DNA of 64,000 nucleotides, taken from positions 96,001 to 160,000 of the forward strand of contig CAVUWV010000001.1 in assembly GCA_963745075.1 (NCBI GenBank). Direction: 5' to 3'. Origin of the DNA: Candidatus Hydrogenedentota bacterium. GTDB taxonomy: Bacteria > Hydrogenedentota > Hydrogenedentia > Hydrogenedentales > SLHB01. A model generated the notes under the pieces. The model was not told the DNA's origin. It made no database searches and saw only the letters and a program-made list of their open reading frames with translations. Below, piece by piece: positions 43,786 to 53,801 of this stretch; within the stretch, counting starts at the first letter, position 1; every line of letters starts with the position of its first letter. The translations under genes were made by a program, and so were the position numbers.

Positions 43786-45472
43786 CGCGGCATAGCCGCA
43801 ACCAAAAGTGAGGAGATGAATGGCGTTTCCCCTTTGCAGATACAATAGGTATCCGCAGTGGTCTAACACGAGAAGGAGAAACGCCATGCTTGAGTTTATG
43901 CAGAAGTACCGGGATAAAGCCAGTTCGATTCTGAGCGGTTTTGATCGAATCGTCTTTCGAGGGCTTTTGCGGTCTATAGTCCATCCAGACGGCATGAAAA
44001 GGCACTTGTCGCGGTGTGACGTTCCCCGCCGCAACTTCGGAGCCCATGTGGAGGAGACGACCAAGAAACTGAAAAAGGCCTCGTTGGCTCAGGCTGAACA
44101 TCTGGATAGACCGGTCATCTACGTGCAATCGAGTCAAACCCGTAAGGAGACTATCGCCAGACAGGTACTCGCGGAGAATCCCGTCGATTCCGGTTTGCTG
44201 TGCGTGCTTTCTTGTGTGGAGCCCTGCATGACCTACGAGATGTATCGCAATCGGGAGGCCAAGAAACTGGAACTCGTCTATCGTCTGCGTAAGTGTCTCC
44301 ACTTGTATCATTACTACGTCGATCCTCTGTTCGGCTTCATGCATGCCCGCATCCAAACCTGGTATCCCTTTCACGTCCAAGTCTGTGTGAATGGACGGGA
44401 ATGGCTGGCTCGGCGAATGGATGCCGAAGGTTGCAAATACATCCGCTACGAGAACAGTTTCCCGCATCTAGAGGACCCGGAGCGCGCCCAGCAATTGCTC
44501 GATGAACTGGTCCGTCTCAACTGGACCGAAACCCTTCACGAAATCGCCGCGCGGTTGAATCCTGCGCATCAAGAGATCCTCGGTCCCTATGCCCGCTACT
44601 ACTGGACCGCTCACCAAACCGAATGGGCCACGGACATCACGTTTACCTCGGCCCAAGACCTCCAAGATATCTATCCTCAACTTGTCTGGGGCGCCATCAC
44701 CACCTTTTCCACACGGCATGTCATGCGCTTTTTGGGCAAACAATTCCAACGCCACTTTGCCGGCGAAGTCCAGAGCCATTATCACGACCGTCTCGACGGC
44801 CTCTCCGTCAAACATGCCGTCAACAACAATTCCGTCAAGATGTATGACAAAGGGGCCCAAATCCTTCGCATCGAAACCACCATCAACAACCCCCACGACA
44901 TCCCGGTCTACCGGCCCAAGGAAGGCGGTGACCCCAAAGACTTGGCTCACCGTTCCATGCGCAAAGGCGTAGCCGATCTCGAACGGCGCACGCAGGTCTC
45001 TCAACGCGCCAACGAACGCTACCTCGAAGCCCTGACACCATTCGATACCTCCACTCCCTTGGCACAACTCCTCGCCCCCGTCACCAAAAGGGTCACCAAA
45101 AAAGGAACGACCTATCGCGGCCTGCGGCCTTGGGCACACCAAGACCTCGAACTTCTGCAAACCATCAACAAACCCGAGTTTCTCATCGCAGGCTTCCGCA
45201 ACAAGGACCTGTCCGCCATCCTTTATCCCAAGGATCAGGGCGACCTCCGTGCCCGACGCGCCGCCTCCGGTCGCGTCTCCTATCGCCTACGGCTTCTCCG
45301 AGCCCACGGTCTTATTGCCAAAACATCACGCACCCGTCGCTACCAAATCACCACCAAAGGAACTCAACTATGCGCAGCCATACTCATGGCCCAACACGCA
45401 ACTATCCAACAACTTACCCCCAAGGCCGCTTAGACAAATGCGAAAGTTTTTTACGATGTTTGCGGTTAGGGA
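43786..45472 (+). mobile_element. Single-gene IS-like element inserted in a REP-like doublet
   Basis: CCCAG on both sides (43781-43785 and 45473-45477). Left-end hairpin GCGGC-ATA-GCCGC. Subterminal imperfect IR TAGCCGCAACCA vs revcomp TAACCGCAAACA. Flanks rejoin into one REP-like unit. Composition visibly less GC-rich than neighbours. Confidence 0.7.
43886..45433 (+). CDS. Putative transposase of unclassified type (Rep_trans-like motifs, C-terminal winged helix)
   Basis: ATG 43886 after AAGGAG, 515 aa, basic. Motifs GFDRIVFRG, NGREWLAR, EWATD, SVKMYDK, LRIETTIN, and wHTH-like GFRNKDL...YRLRLLRAHGLIAK...RYQITTKG. Fills the element almost end to end. Confidence 0.7.
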   Translation: MLEFMQKYRDKASSILSGFDRIVFRGLLRSIVHPDGMKRHLSRCDVPRRNFGAHVEETTKKLKKASLAQAEHLDRPVIYVQSSQTRKETIARQVLAENPVDSGLLCVLSCVEPCMTYEMYRNREAKKLELVYRLRKCLHLYHYYVDPLFGFMHARIQTWYPFHVQVCVNGREWLARRMDAEGCKYIRYENSFPHLEDPERAQQLLDELVRLNWTETLHEIAARLNPAHQEILGPYARYYWTAHQTEWATDITFTSAQDLQDIYPQLVWGAITTFSTRHVMRFLGKQFQRHFAGEVQSHYHDRLDGLSVKHAVNNNSVKMYDKGAQILRIETTINNPHDIPVYRPKEGGDPKDLAHRSMRKGVADLERRTQVSQRANERYLEALTPFDTSTPLAQLLAPVTKRVTKKGTTYRGLRPWAHQDLELLQTINKPEFLIAGFRNKDLSAILYPKDQGDLRARRAASGRVSYRLRLLRAHGLIAKTSRTRRYQITTKGTQLCAAILMAQHATIQQLTPKAA

Positions 45473-45693
45473 CCCAGGGCAAGCGAAGCGCCGCCCTGGG
45501 TCTCAAGGTCCCCCCAAACACCAAGCGCTGAAAGTGCGAAACATTCTTGGTGCCTTCCACCCACTCGGCATACCCTTCCACGGCTCGTTCAATCCGCAAT
45601 TCACGCGAACACGTTGCACCTTCCCCAAACCGCAACTATACTGACCCCCAACCGACAGCAATTGCACCTCACCGCGTCAGGAGCGCCAAACCA

Positions 45694-47616
45694 ATGCTAC
45701 TCCGCACCCGCCTTACCTGCCTCATCCTCAGTTTCACCGCCCTCGCTCTGGCCGCCTCGGCCCAAGACGCCGACCAAGCCGACTTTCCCTCCCGCGAGGC
45801 ACCGTTGGGGGAACGCATCGCGCGGTTCGACGAGATCCTCCGCGCGCGGCATTGGAACGAAGGCCTGGTGCAGACCGGGGTCATCTTTCCGCCGGCGGGG
45901 GAGAAGCGACCCGTCACGGGCAATCACGAGGACGTGTGCGGGCGGACCGCCGTGCTGCTGGCCGCCTATTCCCATCGCTATGCCGTCACCCAGGACCCGA
46001 AAGACCGCAAACTCGCCGACGGCATCATGGATGGCATCCTCAAACTCGAACGCGTGACCGGCGTGCCGGGCCTCGTCGCGCGCGGATTCTACAAGACGAA
46101 GAAACCGTTGTGGCACGAGAAGGCCTATTTCTTCGCCAACGAGTGGCACGACTCAACGTCCATGCCCGGCTACCGGTGGGTGGGCGATCTGAGCAGCGAC
46201 AAATTCACGGACCTCTTCTACGGCGTTGGCACCTATTGGGAAATCTGCGCTGACCAGAAACACCGGAAGATCGCCGAGGACTTTCTCGACCGGTTCGTCG
46301 GGCGGTGTCTCGATTACAATTTCAAGTTGGTTGACCTCGACGGCAAGATGACGCTATGGGGTAACTTCTGTCCCGACCTGCCCCACGAGAACCTGAATGC
46401 GCTCGAAATGCTCGCGGGACTGAAAACCGTCTACCGCATGACCGCGAAAGAACGCTACCGCGCCGCGTATAACAAGCTGATTACGACCTACCACTACGAC
46501 GACGAAGCCATTATGGCCAAGACGCTCTGGCCCGAGGAGTGGGCCGTGCCGTGGGACGACAACCTCGCCGCGAAATCCTACTGGATGCTCATGCGCTACG
46601 AAACCGATCCCACGCTCCTCACCAAGTACCGCATGGCGCTCAACCGCCATCTCTTCTCGTGGAAACGGCTCGACTTCGGTTACGGCGCGGTGCCCTACTA
46701 TTTCATGCTCTACCAAGTGTTGACCGGCGAGAAGGTTGTCAACGACAAGGTCCTCGCCGAAATCAACGCCATGTATCCGGGCAGCCGCGCAACGAGAACT
46801 TTTACCGTACCGACGCCCGACGGTCCGAAGCGCGTCGAATCCGTCGAAGAGGAAATCAACGTCGACACGATTCGCAACTACTGGTTCGCGCGGCAATACG
46901 GGTTCGTCGACGCGTCGCAACCCTTGCCGGAACCGCAGATCGGGACCTCTCCCTGGAAACAGGCCCATCCCCAACCCTCGGATACGCCCCAACCACCCGA
47001 AGGCATGGTATACGTCCCCGCCGGACCCTTCATCATGGGGAGCAACTTCGGCGATACCGACGAGTCGCCGCAACACCTTGCCACGACCGGCGCATTCTTC
47101 ATCGACACCTACGAAGTGGGCAACGCCGACTTCAAGAAGTTCGATCCCAGCTACACCTACCCCGAAGGCAAAGACAACTTCCCCGCCGTCGTGACCTGGG
47201 AACAGGCGAACGCCTACGCCAAGTGGGCCGGCAAACGGTTGCCGACCGAAGCCGAGTGGGAGAAAGCCGCCCGCGGCATCGACGGACGCTTGTATCCCTG
47301 GGGCAACACCTACGACCCCACCTTCATTGCCTATGACGATTCGATCGGCCGCGGCGAAACCATCGCCAAACCCACCAGTCCCTACGGCTGCTTCGACATG
47401 GCCGGCGGCGCCTACGAGTGGACCTCAAGCTGGTACCAACCCTATCCCGGCAACACCGTCTCCTGCGACGAGTACGGCGAGAAAAACAAAGTCATGCGTG
47501 GCGGCTCCAATTTCAACGACCTCGCCATGATGCGCACCTCGCACCGCTACTATCTTCCGCCCAACACCACCGGCAACTACCACACCGGTTTCCGTTGCGT
47601 GAAGGATGTGAAATAG
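45694..47616 (+). CDS. Secreted protein: unknown helical domain fused to C-terminal FGE-sulfatase (SUMF1-like) domain
   Basis: Signal peptide from ATG 45694. C-terminal GMVYVPAGPFIMGS, RLPTEAEWEKAARG, YPWGN, SPYGCFDMAG, GFRCVK. Confidence 0.85.
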   Translation: MLLRTRLTCLILSFTALALAASAQDADQADFPSREAPLGERIARFDEILRARHWNEGLVQTGVIFPPAGEKRPVTGNHEDVCGRTAVLLAAYSHRYAVTQDPKDRKLADGIMDGILKLERVTGVPGLVARGFYKTKKPLWHEKAYFFANEWHDSTSMPGYRWVGDLSSDKFTDLFYGVGTYWEICADQKHRKIAEDFLDRFVGRCLDYNFKLVDLDGKMTLWGNFCPDLPHENLNALEMLAGLKTVYRMTAKERYRAAYNKLITTYHYDDEAIMAKTLWPEEWAVPWDDNLAAKSYWMLMRYETDPTLLTKYRMALNRHLFSWKRLDFGYGAVPYYFMLYQVLTGEKVVNDKVLAEINAMYPGSRATRTFTVPTPDGPKRVESVEEEINVDTIRNYWFARQYGFVDASQPLPEPQIGTSPWKQAHPQPSDTPQPPEGMVYVPAGPFIMGSNFGDTDESPQHLATTGAFFIDTYEVGNADFKKFDPSYTYPEGKDNFPAVVTWEQANAYAKWAGKRLPTEAEWEKAARGIDGRLYPWGNTYDPTFIAYDDSIGRGETIAKPTSPYGCFDMAGGAYEWTSSWYQPYPGNTVSCDEYGEKNKVMRGGSNFNDLAMMRTSHRYYLPPNTTGNYHTGFRCVKDVK

Positions 47617-47633
47617 AGGGGAGAAGATTCGAC

Positions 47634-48086
47634 TCAGATTTCGTCGTCGATTTCGAGGTAGTGCATCCATGCCTGGCTGCGAAGCACGTCACGAACAAAG
47701 GCGACTTCGTCGGCGGTAAGGTCGCCTTCGACCAGGGCATCGTAAAACGCGGACCAGTCGAAATAGAGCACGGAGACGTTTTCGCCGGCGATGACCGTCG
47801 CGATGCGACGCCAATCGTCTTCGAGGTGGAACTGCTGCATCTCGCCGAGCAGGGCGGGGGCTTGAACGGTCGTGGCAAAGCCGTCGGATTTCCGGACCGT
47901 GACTTCGCCATTGAGCAAGACGTAGCCATCGTTGGAGGACCGGTCGCCTTCTTCGTATAAGGTGGTTTCGGGATCCAGGTTCGAGAAGGTGGATACCCGG
48001 AGCAAGGTCGCCGCGACGCGGTCGCGCAGATGGTCGGGCAGTTCCAGTAGCACCGACAAGTCTTTGATGCGATCCTCGTGGCCCAT
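47634..48086 (-). CDS. Stand-alone cyclic nucleotide-binding domain protein
   Basis: LYEEGD...GYVLLNGEVTV...LGEM...RIATVIA cNMP-binding pattern; RBS GGGAGAG. Confidence 0.8.
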   Translation of the reverse strand: MGHEDRIKDLSVLLELPDHLRDRVAATLLRVSTFSNLDPETTLYEEGDRSSNDGYVLLNGEVTVRKSDGFATTVQAPALLGEMQQFHLEDDWRRIATVIAGENVSVLYFDWSAFYDALVEGDLTADEVAFVRDVLRSQAWMHYLEIDDEI

Positions 48087-48241
48087 GGCGACACTCTCTC
48101 CCGGCGTTTAACCCGACCCCGAGCCTAATTCTAGGCATTCACGCGCGGGCGATCAACGGTTTGTTCTTGCCATGCATTTGGTGGGTATACTGGAACCCAG
48201 TCCATTGACCAAACAAGGAAACCTAATCGTGGGAGGAGAGA

Positions 48242-49628
48242 ATGCCACGAACGCCGTCTCGACGGGAATTCATGCAACGAGTCGCCGCAGGTGCGGTCGC
48301 GGGCGCACTCGCACATTCGGGGGCGGCAAGAGGAGAGGACCCACCCATGCGTAGACCCAACATCATTGTCATCCTCGTGGACGATCTCGGCTACGGCGAC
48401 CTGTCGTGTTTCGGCGCGAAGGATCTCCAGACTCCGAACATCGACGGCATGGCGCAACGCGGCGTGACGTTCCGCCAGTTCTATGCGAACTGCCCGGTCT
48501 GTTCCCCGACGCGGGCGTCCTTGTTGTCCGGGTGTTTCCCCGATCGCGTGGGCGTGCCGGGCGTGATCCGGACCCATCGCGAGGACAGTTGGGGGCGGCT
48601 GAGTCCGGACGCGGAACTGTTGCCCGCGGTGCTGGGTCCGGCGGGGTATCACACGGCCATCGTCGGGAAGTGGCACCTCGGGCTCGAATCGCCCGACACG
48701 CCGACCGAGCGCGGCTTCCATCATTTCCACGGGTTCCTCGGCGACATGATGGAGGACTACTACACGCACCGGCGGGAAGACCACAACTACATGCGGTTGG
48801 GCATGAAGGAAATCGATCCGGAAGGCCATGCGACGGATCTGTTTACGGCGTGGGCCATCGAGTACATCGAAGAACGCGCCAAGACGGAGCAGCCGTTCTT
48901 CCTGTACCTCGCGTACAACGCGCCGCACACGCCGGTCCAGCCGCCGGAGGAATGGCTGGATCGCGTGAAACAGCGTGAACCCGAATATCGATCCCGACCG
49001 CGCCAAGCTCGTTGCGCTCATCGAGCATCTCGACGACGGCATCGGCAAGGTGCTGCACACGGTGGAATCGACCGGCATCGCCGACGACACGCTCATCATC
49101 TTCGTCTCCGACAACGGCGGATACCTCAAGGCCGGCGCCAACAACGGCAATACGCGCGACGGCAAGGAGGACATGTACGAAGGCGGCATCCGCGTGCCCA
49201 TGTGCGCCCTGTGGCCGGGTAAGATTCCGGAAGGGTCGGAGTCGGATCGGGTGGCGCTCACGATGGACATCTTCGCAACGGCGTGCGAAGCGGCCGGTGC
49301 CGAGCCCAGCAAAGACATCGACGGCCGCAGCATTCTGCCCACGTTGTTGGGCGAGGCGCAGCCCGAAGAGGACCGCACGCTCATCTGGGTCCGTCGCGAA
49401 GGCGGCCCGCGCTACGGCGGTCGGGATTACTATGCGGCCCGGCAGGGGGACATGAAACTCCTGCAGAACGGTCCCTGGGAACCGATGAAGCTCTACGACC
49501 TCGCGGCCGACCCGCTCGAGCAGTCGCCCTTGCCGGAGGATCATCCCGCGTACAAGGAGTTGTTCACCGCCCTTCGCAATCACATTAACGACACCGGAAC
49601 GGTGCCGTGGCAACGGGCGCGGGACTAG
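48242..49628 (+). CDS. Tat-exported sulfatase (S1 family), split by a +1 frameshift at ~48980-48982
   Basis: SRREFM Tat motif, PNIIVILVDDLG, CSPTR, GKWHLG, YNAPHTP; continues in the shifted frame with HLDDGIG, SDNGG and YEGGIRVP. Confidence 0.88.
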
Positions 49629-49635
49629 GGGGGGG

Positions 49636-49700
49636 AAATCGAAATCCGAATATCGAAATCCGAAACAAATTCCAATGTTCAAATTCCAAATGCTCGAAAC
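49636..49700. repeat. Degenerate heptamer tandem tract
   Basis: AAATCGA AATCCGA ATATCGA AATCCGA AACAAAT TCCAATG TTCAAAT TCCAAAT between two sulfatase genes. Confidence 0.7.
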
Positions 49701-49782
49701 AAAGGGGCACGGGCGTCTCGCCCGTGGTTTTAAGGGAAGCGCATTGACATCAATGCCAATCTATGCACATGGTCAAAACGAA

Positions 49783-51928
49783 ATGAATCGACGTTCCTTC
49801 CTCGGACGCATCGCCCTCGGCAGTGCGGCGGCGTTGTCCGCCGGCGCGTTTTGCGCACGCGCGGCCGAAGCGCCGCGCCATCCCAACATCCTCGTCATCC
49901 TCACCGACGACCAGGGTTGGGGGGATGTCCGCATCCACGGCAACGACGTGATTGTAACGCCGGTCATGGATCGGTTGGCGGGGGAGGGGGCGCAGTTCGA
50001 CCGCTTTTACGTCAGCCCGGTGTGTGCGCCCACGCGCGCGGGATTCTTGACGGGGCGCTACTACCTCCGCACCGGCGTGACCGGCGTGACCCACGGCGAG
50101 GAAACCATGCGCAGCGAGGAACGCGACGCTCGCGGAGATCCTGCGCGACGCGGGATACGCGACCGGCTGTTTCGGCAAGTGGCACAACGGCGCGCATTAC
50201 CCCAATCATCCGAACGGCCAGGGCTTCGACGAGTTCTTCGGATTCTGCGCGGGCCATTGGAACAACTATTTTAATACGACCCTCGAGCGCAACGGAAAAC
50301 CGGTCAAGACGGAGGGCTATATCAACGACGTGGTGACTGACGCGGCCCTCGCGTTCATCGACGCGCATCAAGCGCAACCGTTCTTCTGCTACGTCCCCTA
50401 CAACACGCCGCACATGCCGCTCCAGGTGCCGGATAAATACTTCGATCCCTACAAGGAACAGGGGCTCGACGATTCGCTGGCCTGCGTGTACGGCATGTGC
50501 AAAAGCATCGACGACAACGTGGGGCGGCTGCTCGACCGGCTCGAATCCCTCGGGCTCACCGACGACACCATCGTCGTGTTCTTCGGCGATAACGGTCCGC
50601 ACACGGAACGGTACAACGGCGGCATGCTGGGCCGGAAAGGATCCGTTCACGAAGGCGGCGTGCGCAATTCGCTGTTCATCCGCTGGCCCGGCCACATCGA
50701 ACCCGGCACCGTCGTCAAACCCATCGCCGCCACCATCGACCTGCTGCCCACCCTCACGGAATTAGCCAACGTCCCCATAAAACGGGGCACGGGCGTCCCC
50801 GCCCGTGAAGAACTTCCCAAAACTCAGGGTACAGTTTCAGGCCCCAACTCACACCAAAAAACGTCCGCTGCCAACTCCCGCACTGAAGATAGCGTGCAGG
50901 AAATCAAGAAGAAGAACATCCCCCTAGATCCCCCTTCAAAGGGGGAAGCTGGCGCAACGCCTCGCGTTGCGAATGGGGTCAACGGTCCACGCTCGCAGCG
51001 CATGGCAGCACCAATCACTACAAACGACGGTGCGCAAAACTCCCCCTTTGAAGGGGGATCTAGGGGGATGTCCTCTCCAGCCAACGCCGACGTACCCGCC
51101 CGCGCTTCGGCAACCGCGCGCGCCGCCAACTCCCCCTTCGAAGGGGGATCAAGGGGGATGTCCTCTTCTACCCCCGCCCGCGATCTCGACGGCATCAGCC
51201 TCGTCCCCCTGCTCATGAACGACGCCACCGACTGGCCCGACCGCATGCTCTACTCCTTCTGGAAAGGCGCCGGCGCCGTCCGCACCGAACGCTATCGCCT
51301 CGTCGTGGAAAAGGGCCGCTACATGCTCTACGACATGATCGCCGACCCCGGTCAGAAGACGGACATCGCCGATCAGGACACAGCCACCGCCGCACGCCTG
51401 CGTAACGCCTACGACGCATGGTACGAACAGATGATGCGGGAAACCGGCGGTCCCCCGCCCATCCCCATCGGCTACCCCGAGATGCCCGTCGTCACCATGC
51501 CCGCGCCCGAATGCACCCTCCACGGCAACGTCAAATTCAAAGGCGACAAAGGCTGGGCCAACGACTGGGTGACGAACTGGACCAGCACCAACGATTCCGT
51601 CACCTGGGACATCAACGTCGTCCGCGCCGGCACGTACGCGTTGTCGTTGTTGTACACCTGCCCGAAGGAAAACGTCGGCGCCGAACTCGTCCTCGAAATC
51701 AGCGACCAACGCGCGACCGCCACCATCGACGAAGCCTACAACCCCGAGCCTGTCCCGAGTCCCGACCGCGTCCCCCGCAAAGAAGTCTACGAAAAGATCT
51801 GGAAAGAACTCCCCGCCGGCAACGTCACCCTCCCCACCGGCCGCGCCACCCTCACCGTCCGCGCGACGAAGATCCCGGGCGAGACGGCGCTGGAATTGAA
51901 GGCGGTGCGGGTGGAGTGGATGGGGTGA
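49783..51928 (+). CDS. Tat-exported arylsulfatase with C-terminal beta-sandwich; +1 frameshift at ~50119-50125 and ~125-aa in-frame repeat insertion
   Basis: MNRRSFL, PNILVILTDDQG, CAPTR; after the shift TLAEIL..GKWHNG, YNTPHMP, GDNGP, HEGGVR; repeat-derived insert at 50797-51171. Confidence 0.88.
50911..51161. repeat. Palindromic MITE/REP-like element, copy 3, inside the sulfatase CDS, with an extra right arm
   Basis: Arms 50911-50947 and 51040-51071, plus a duplicated right arm at 51130-51161; same family as the 10863 and 12073 copies. Confidence 0.88.
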
Positions 51929-53062
51929 CATCAGGAAGAAGCAGGTGGCATTCGCCCCCACTCCTCTCGTTCGAGCATGGGGCAATCCGTGAGTGAACAC
52001 TATACGTGGTGAGTTGACCGACAGTTTGTCCCTCAATTTCGCGCGAAGCGATGACGACCTAAGAAAAGTAAGAGCGGAAAGGCAATAGTCCGCGTGCGCC
52101 CCAAATTTAGGGCCAGGCGGAGTATCAGACAATACCTTGCCCATATCCTTGCTGCAGACTTGCGGACGATTGGGAAAGCACACCGGATATTACCCATCGG
52201 GTCTCCAGTAACTAATTCTGGGACCAAGTTTTGTAGGAGGCAAGACTGCGAAGCGACCAGCCTGAACTCACCCACATTTGTTCCCGTCTTATGTTTATCG
52301 TATCTATAGAGTCATCATTATTCGACCAATAGTCTAACGCTTGGCAATCCAAAATCAGAAAGCGGTACGATATCTAATGAACGGGCGAAAGGGTACTCCG
52401 GCACGCTCGGACTTGGTCCGGCTGCACGACGATATTGACAATTGCTTGGTTTGTAACCGGCCGGACTATCAGCTTGTCAAAGTGCGCGGTATCAATCGGG
52501 GATACGAAACCGCATCTGTCATGGCGATCGGGATTGCCCCAAGTCGAACTGCCGCGGTTAGGCAACAGGCTTTCGCTGGGGGAAGCTTTCGCCGTGTCTT
52601 ATTGCCGAGGCCCGCGGGGATGTTCGGTATAGCGCGAAAGGTCGAAGGCTTCTAGTCTGCAAAGACAAGAACGGTCGTATTGTCGCAGCAGCGCTCTTGA
52701 CTCGAAAACGTTCGGATATGATGAAATTGAATTTGGTCGCATCCTCGGAGTGCATGCGGATTTATCGGCAGCTCCTGCGGAAAATAGTCGCCGTTTGCAG
52801 AGGCACAAGAAGGCTGTACCTGACTGTGCCGGTCCGGCAACTGTATTGCAACAAGCACTTACGTTGTACGCCTTCCACTTTGAGGGTTTGCTAGAGAATC
52901 CGTTTGGCCGCGGCGTCGACCACGCCTGCTATGGAAGCTGCCTCTCGTGTAAAAGCGATTAGAGCGCTGAAGGGACCGAGGAAATCAGTCGGGAAAAGAT
53001 GGGATAACCGTTCATAGCGATTCGCCCCATAGCGCTCTATGGCCGGGCGCGTGCCGCGCTCA

Positions 53063-53325
53063 GTGCCGTTTTTGCGGGTAACCGTCTTCGCGGCCATGGG
53101 GCCGTCGCCGTGGCGCGGGGCGGAGAGGAAAAGTTTGAAGAGTGAAGGGGGAAGCCCAGCTTCCAGCCTAATCCCAGTGCAACGCCCCGGCCTATAATGG
53201 TAAGGACAAATCCACCCATGCCAATCACTCTCACACACGCCACGTTTCACAATGTACACTTCACCCGACACACTTCGGGATCACCCCCCCTTGAACCGTC
53301 AAAAACGAAAAGGGGTGCACCCCCC
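53063..53325. repeat. ~260 bp diverged direct repeat, copy A
   Basis: Colinear with 54864-55115; 42 bp identical core at 53237-53278; ends in the palindrome GGGGTGCACCCC. Confidence 0.85.
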
Positions 53326-53490
53326 GAGGCCTCCGGACTCCCGTCGCCCGCCCATTCCTGCGCAACCCTTTCGTGATGGATATTTACAGGAGAATTCCGG
53401 AGTGGAACCGTCGCATTTTATTCGTGCCCGTTGAGGAAAATACGCGCGCGCTGTGTTATCCTCAATCATCGTAAATGGAGGAGCAAACCG

Positions 53491-53679
53491 ATGTCCTCAG
53501 TGGTCAACAAGGACGATGCGAAGGCGATTATCGATCGACTGCCCGATGATGCGACGTGGGACGACCTGATGCACGAGATCTACGTGCGGCAGGCGATTGA
53601 ATCGGGTTTGGCCGACAGCAGGGCGGGCAGGACGAAGGCTGTCCGCGAGGTCCGCGAGAAATATGGTCTGACCGAGTGA
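53491..53679 (+). CDS. Small putative antitoxin (type II addiction-module-like)
   Basis: RBS GGAGGAG; 62 aa with LPDDATWDDLMHEIYVRQAIESGLADSRAGR; GTGA overlap with a ParE-like start. Confidence 0.8.
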   Translation: MSSVVNKDDAKAIIDRLPDDATWDDLMHEIYVRQAIESGLADSRAGRTKAVREVREKYGLTE

Positions 53680-53801
53680 ACGTCCACTGGACGGACACGG
53701 CAGAGGCCCATCTGGACGCGATTTACCGGCATATCGCCCGTGATTCCAATAACGTCGCAATATGGAGTGCGGCCGCTTGCGGCTGCTTTGCTCAGGTCTA
53801 G
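53676..53801 (+). pseudogene. Truncated RelE/ParE family toxin
   Basis: GTG 53676 gives MNVHWTDTAEAHLDAIYRHIARDS (ParE-type N-terminus), then runs into a REP arm and stops after 41 codons. Confidence 0.78.

Noticed and set aside
45100..45433. Annotating the 515-aa protein as a MarR-type transcription regulator
   Set aside because: The winged-helix-like part is only the last ~80 aa; the rest and the element-like boundaries point to a mobile-element enzyme.
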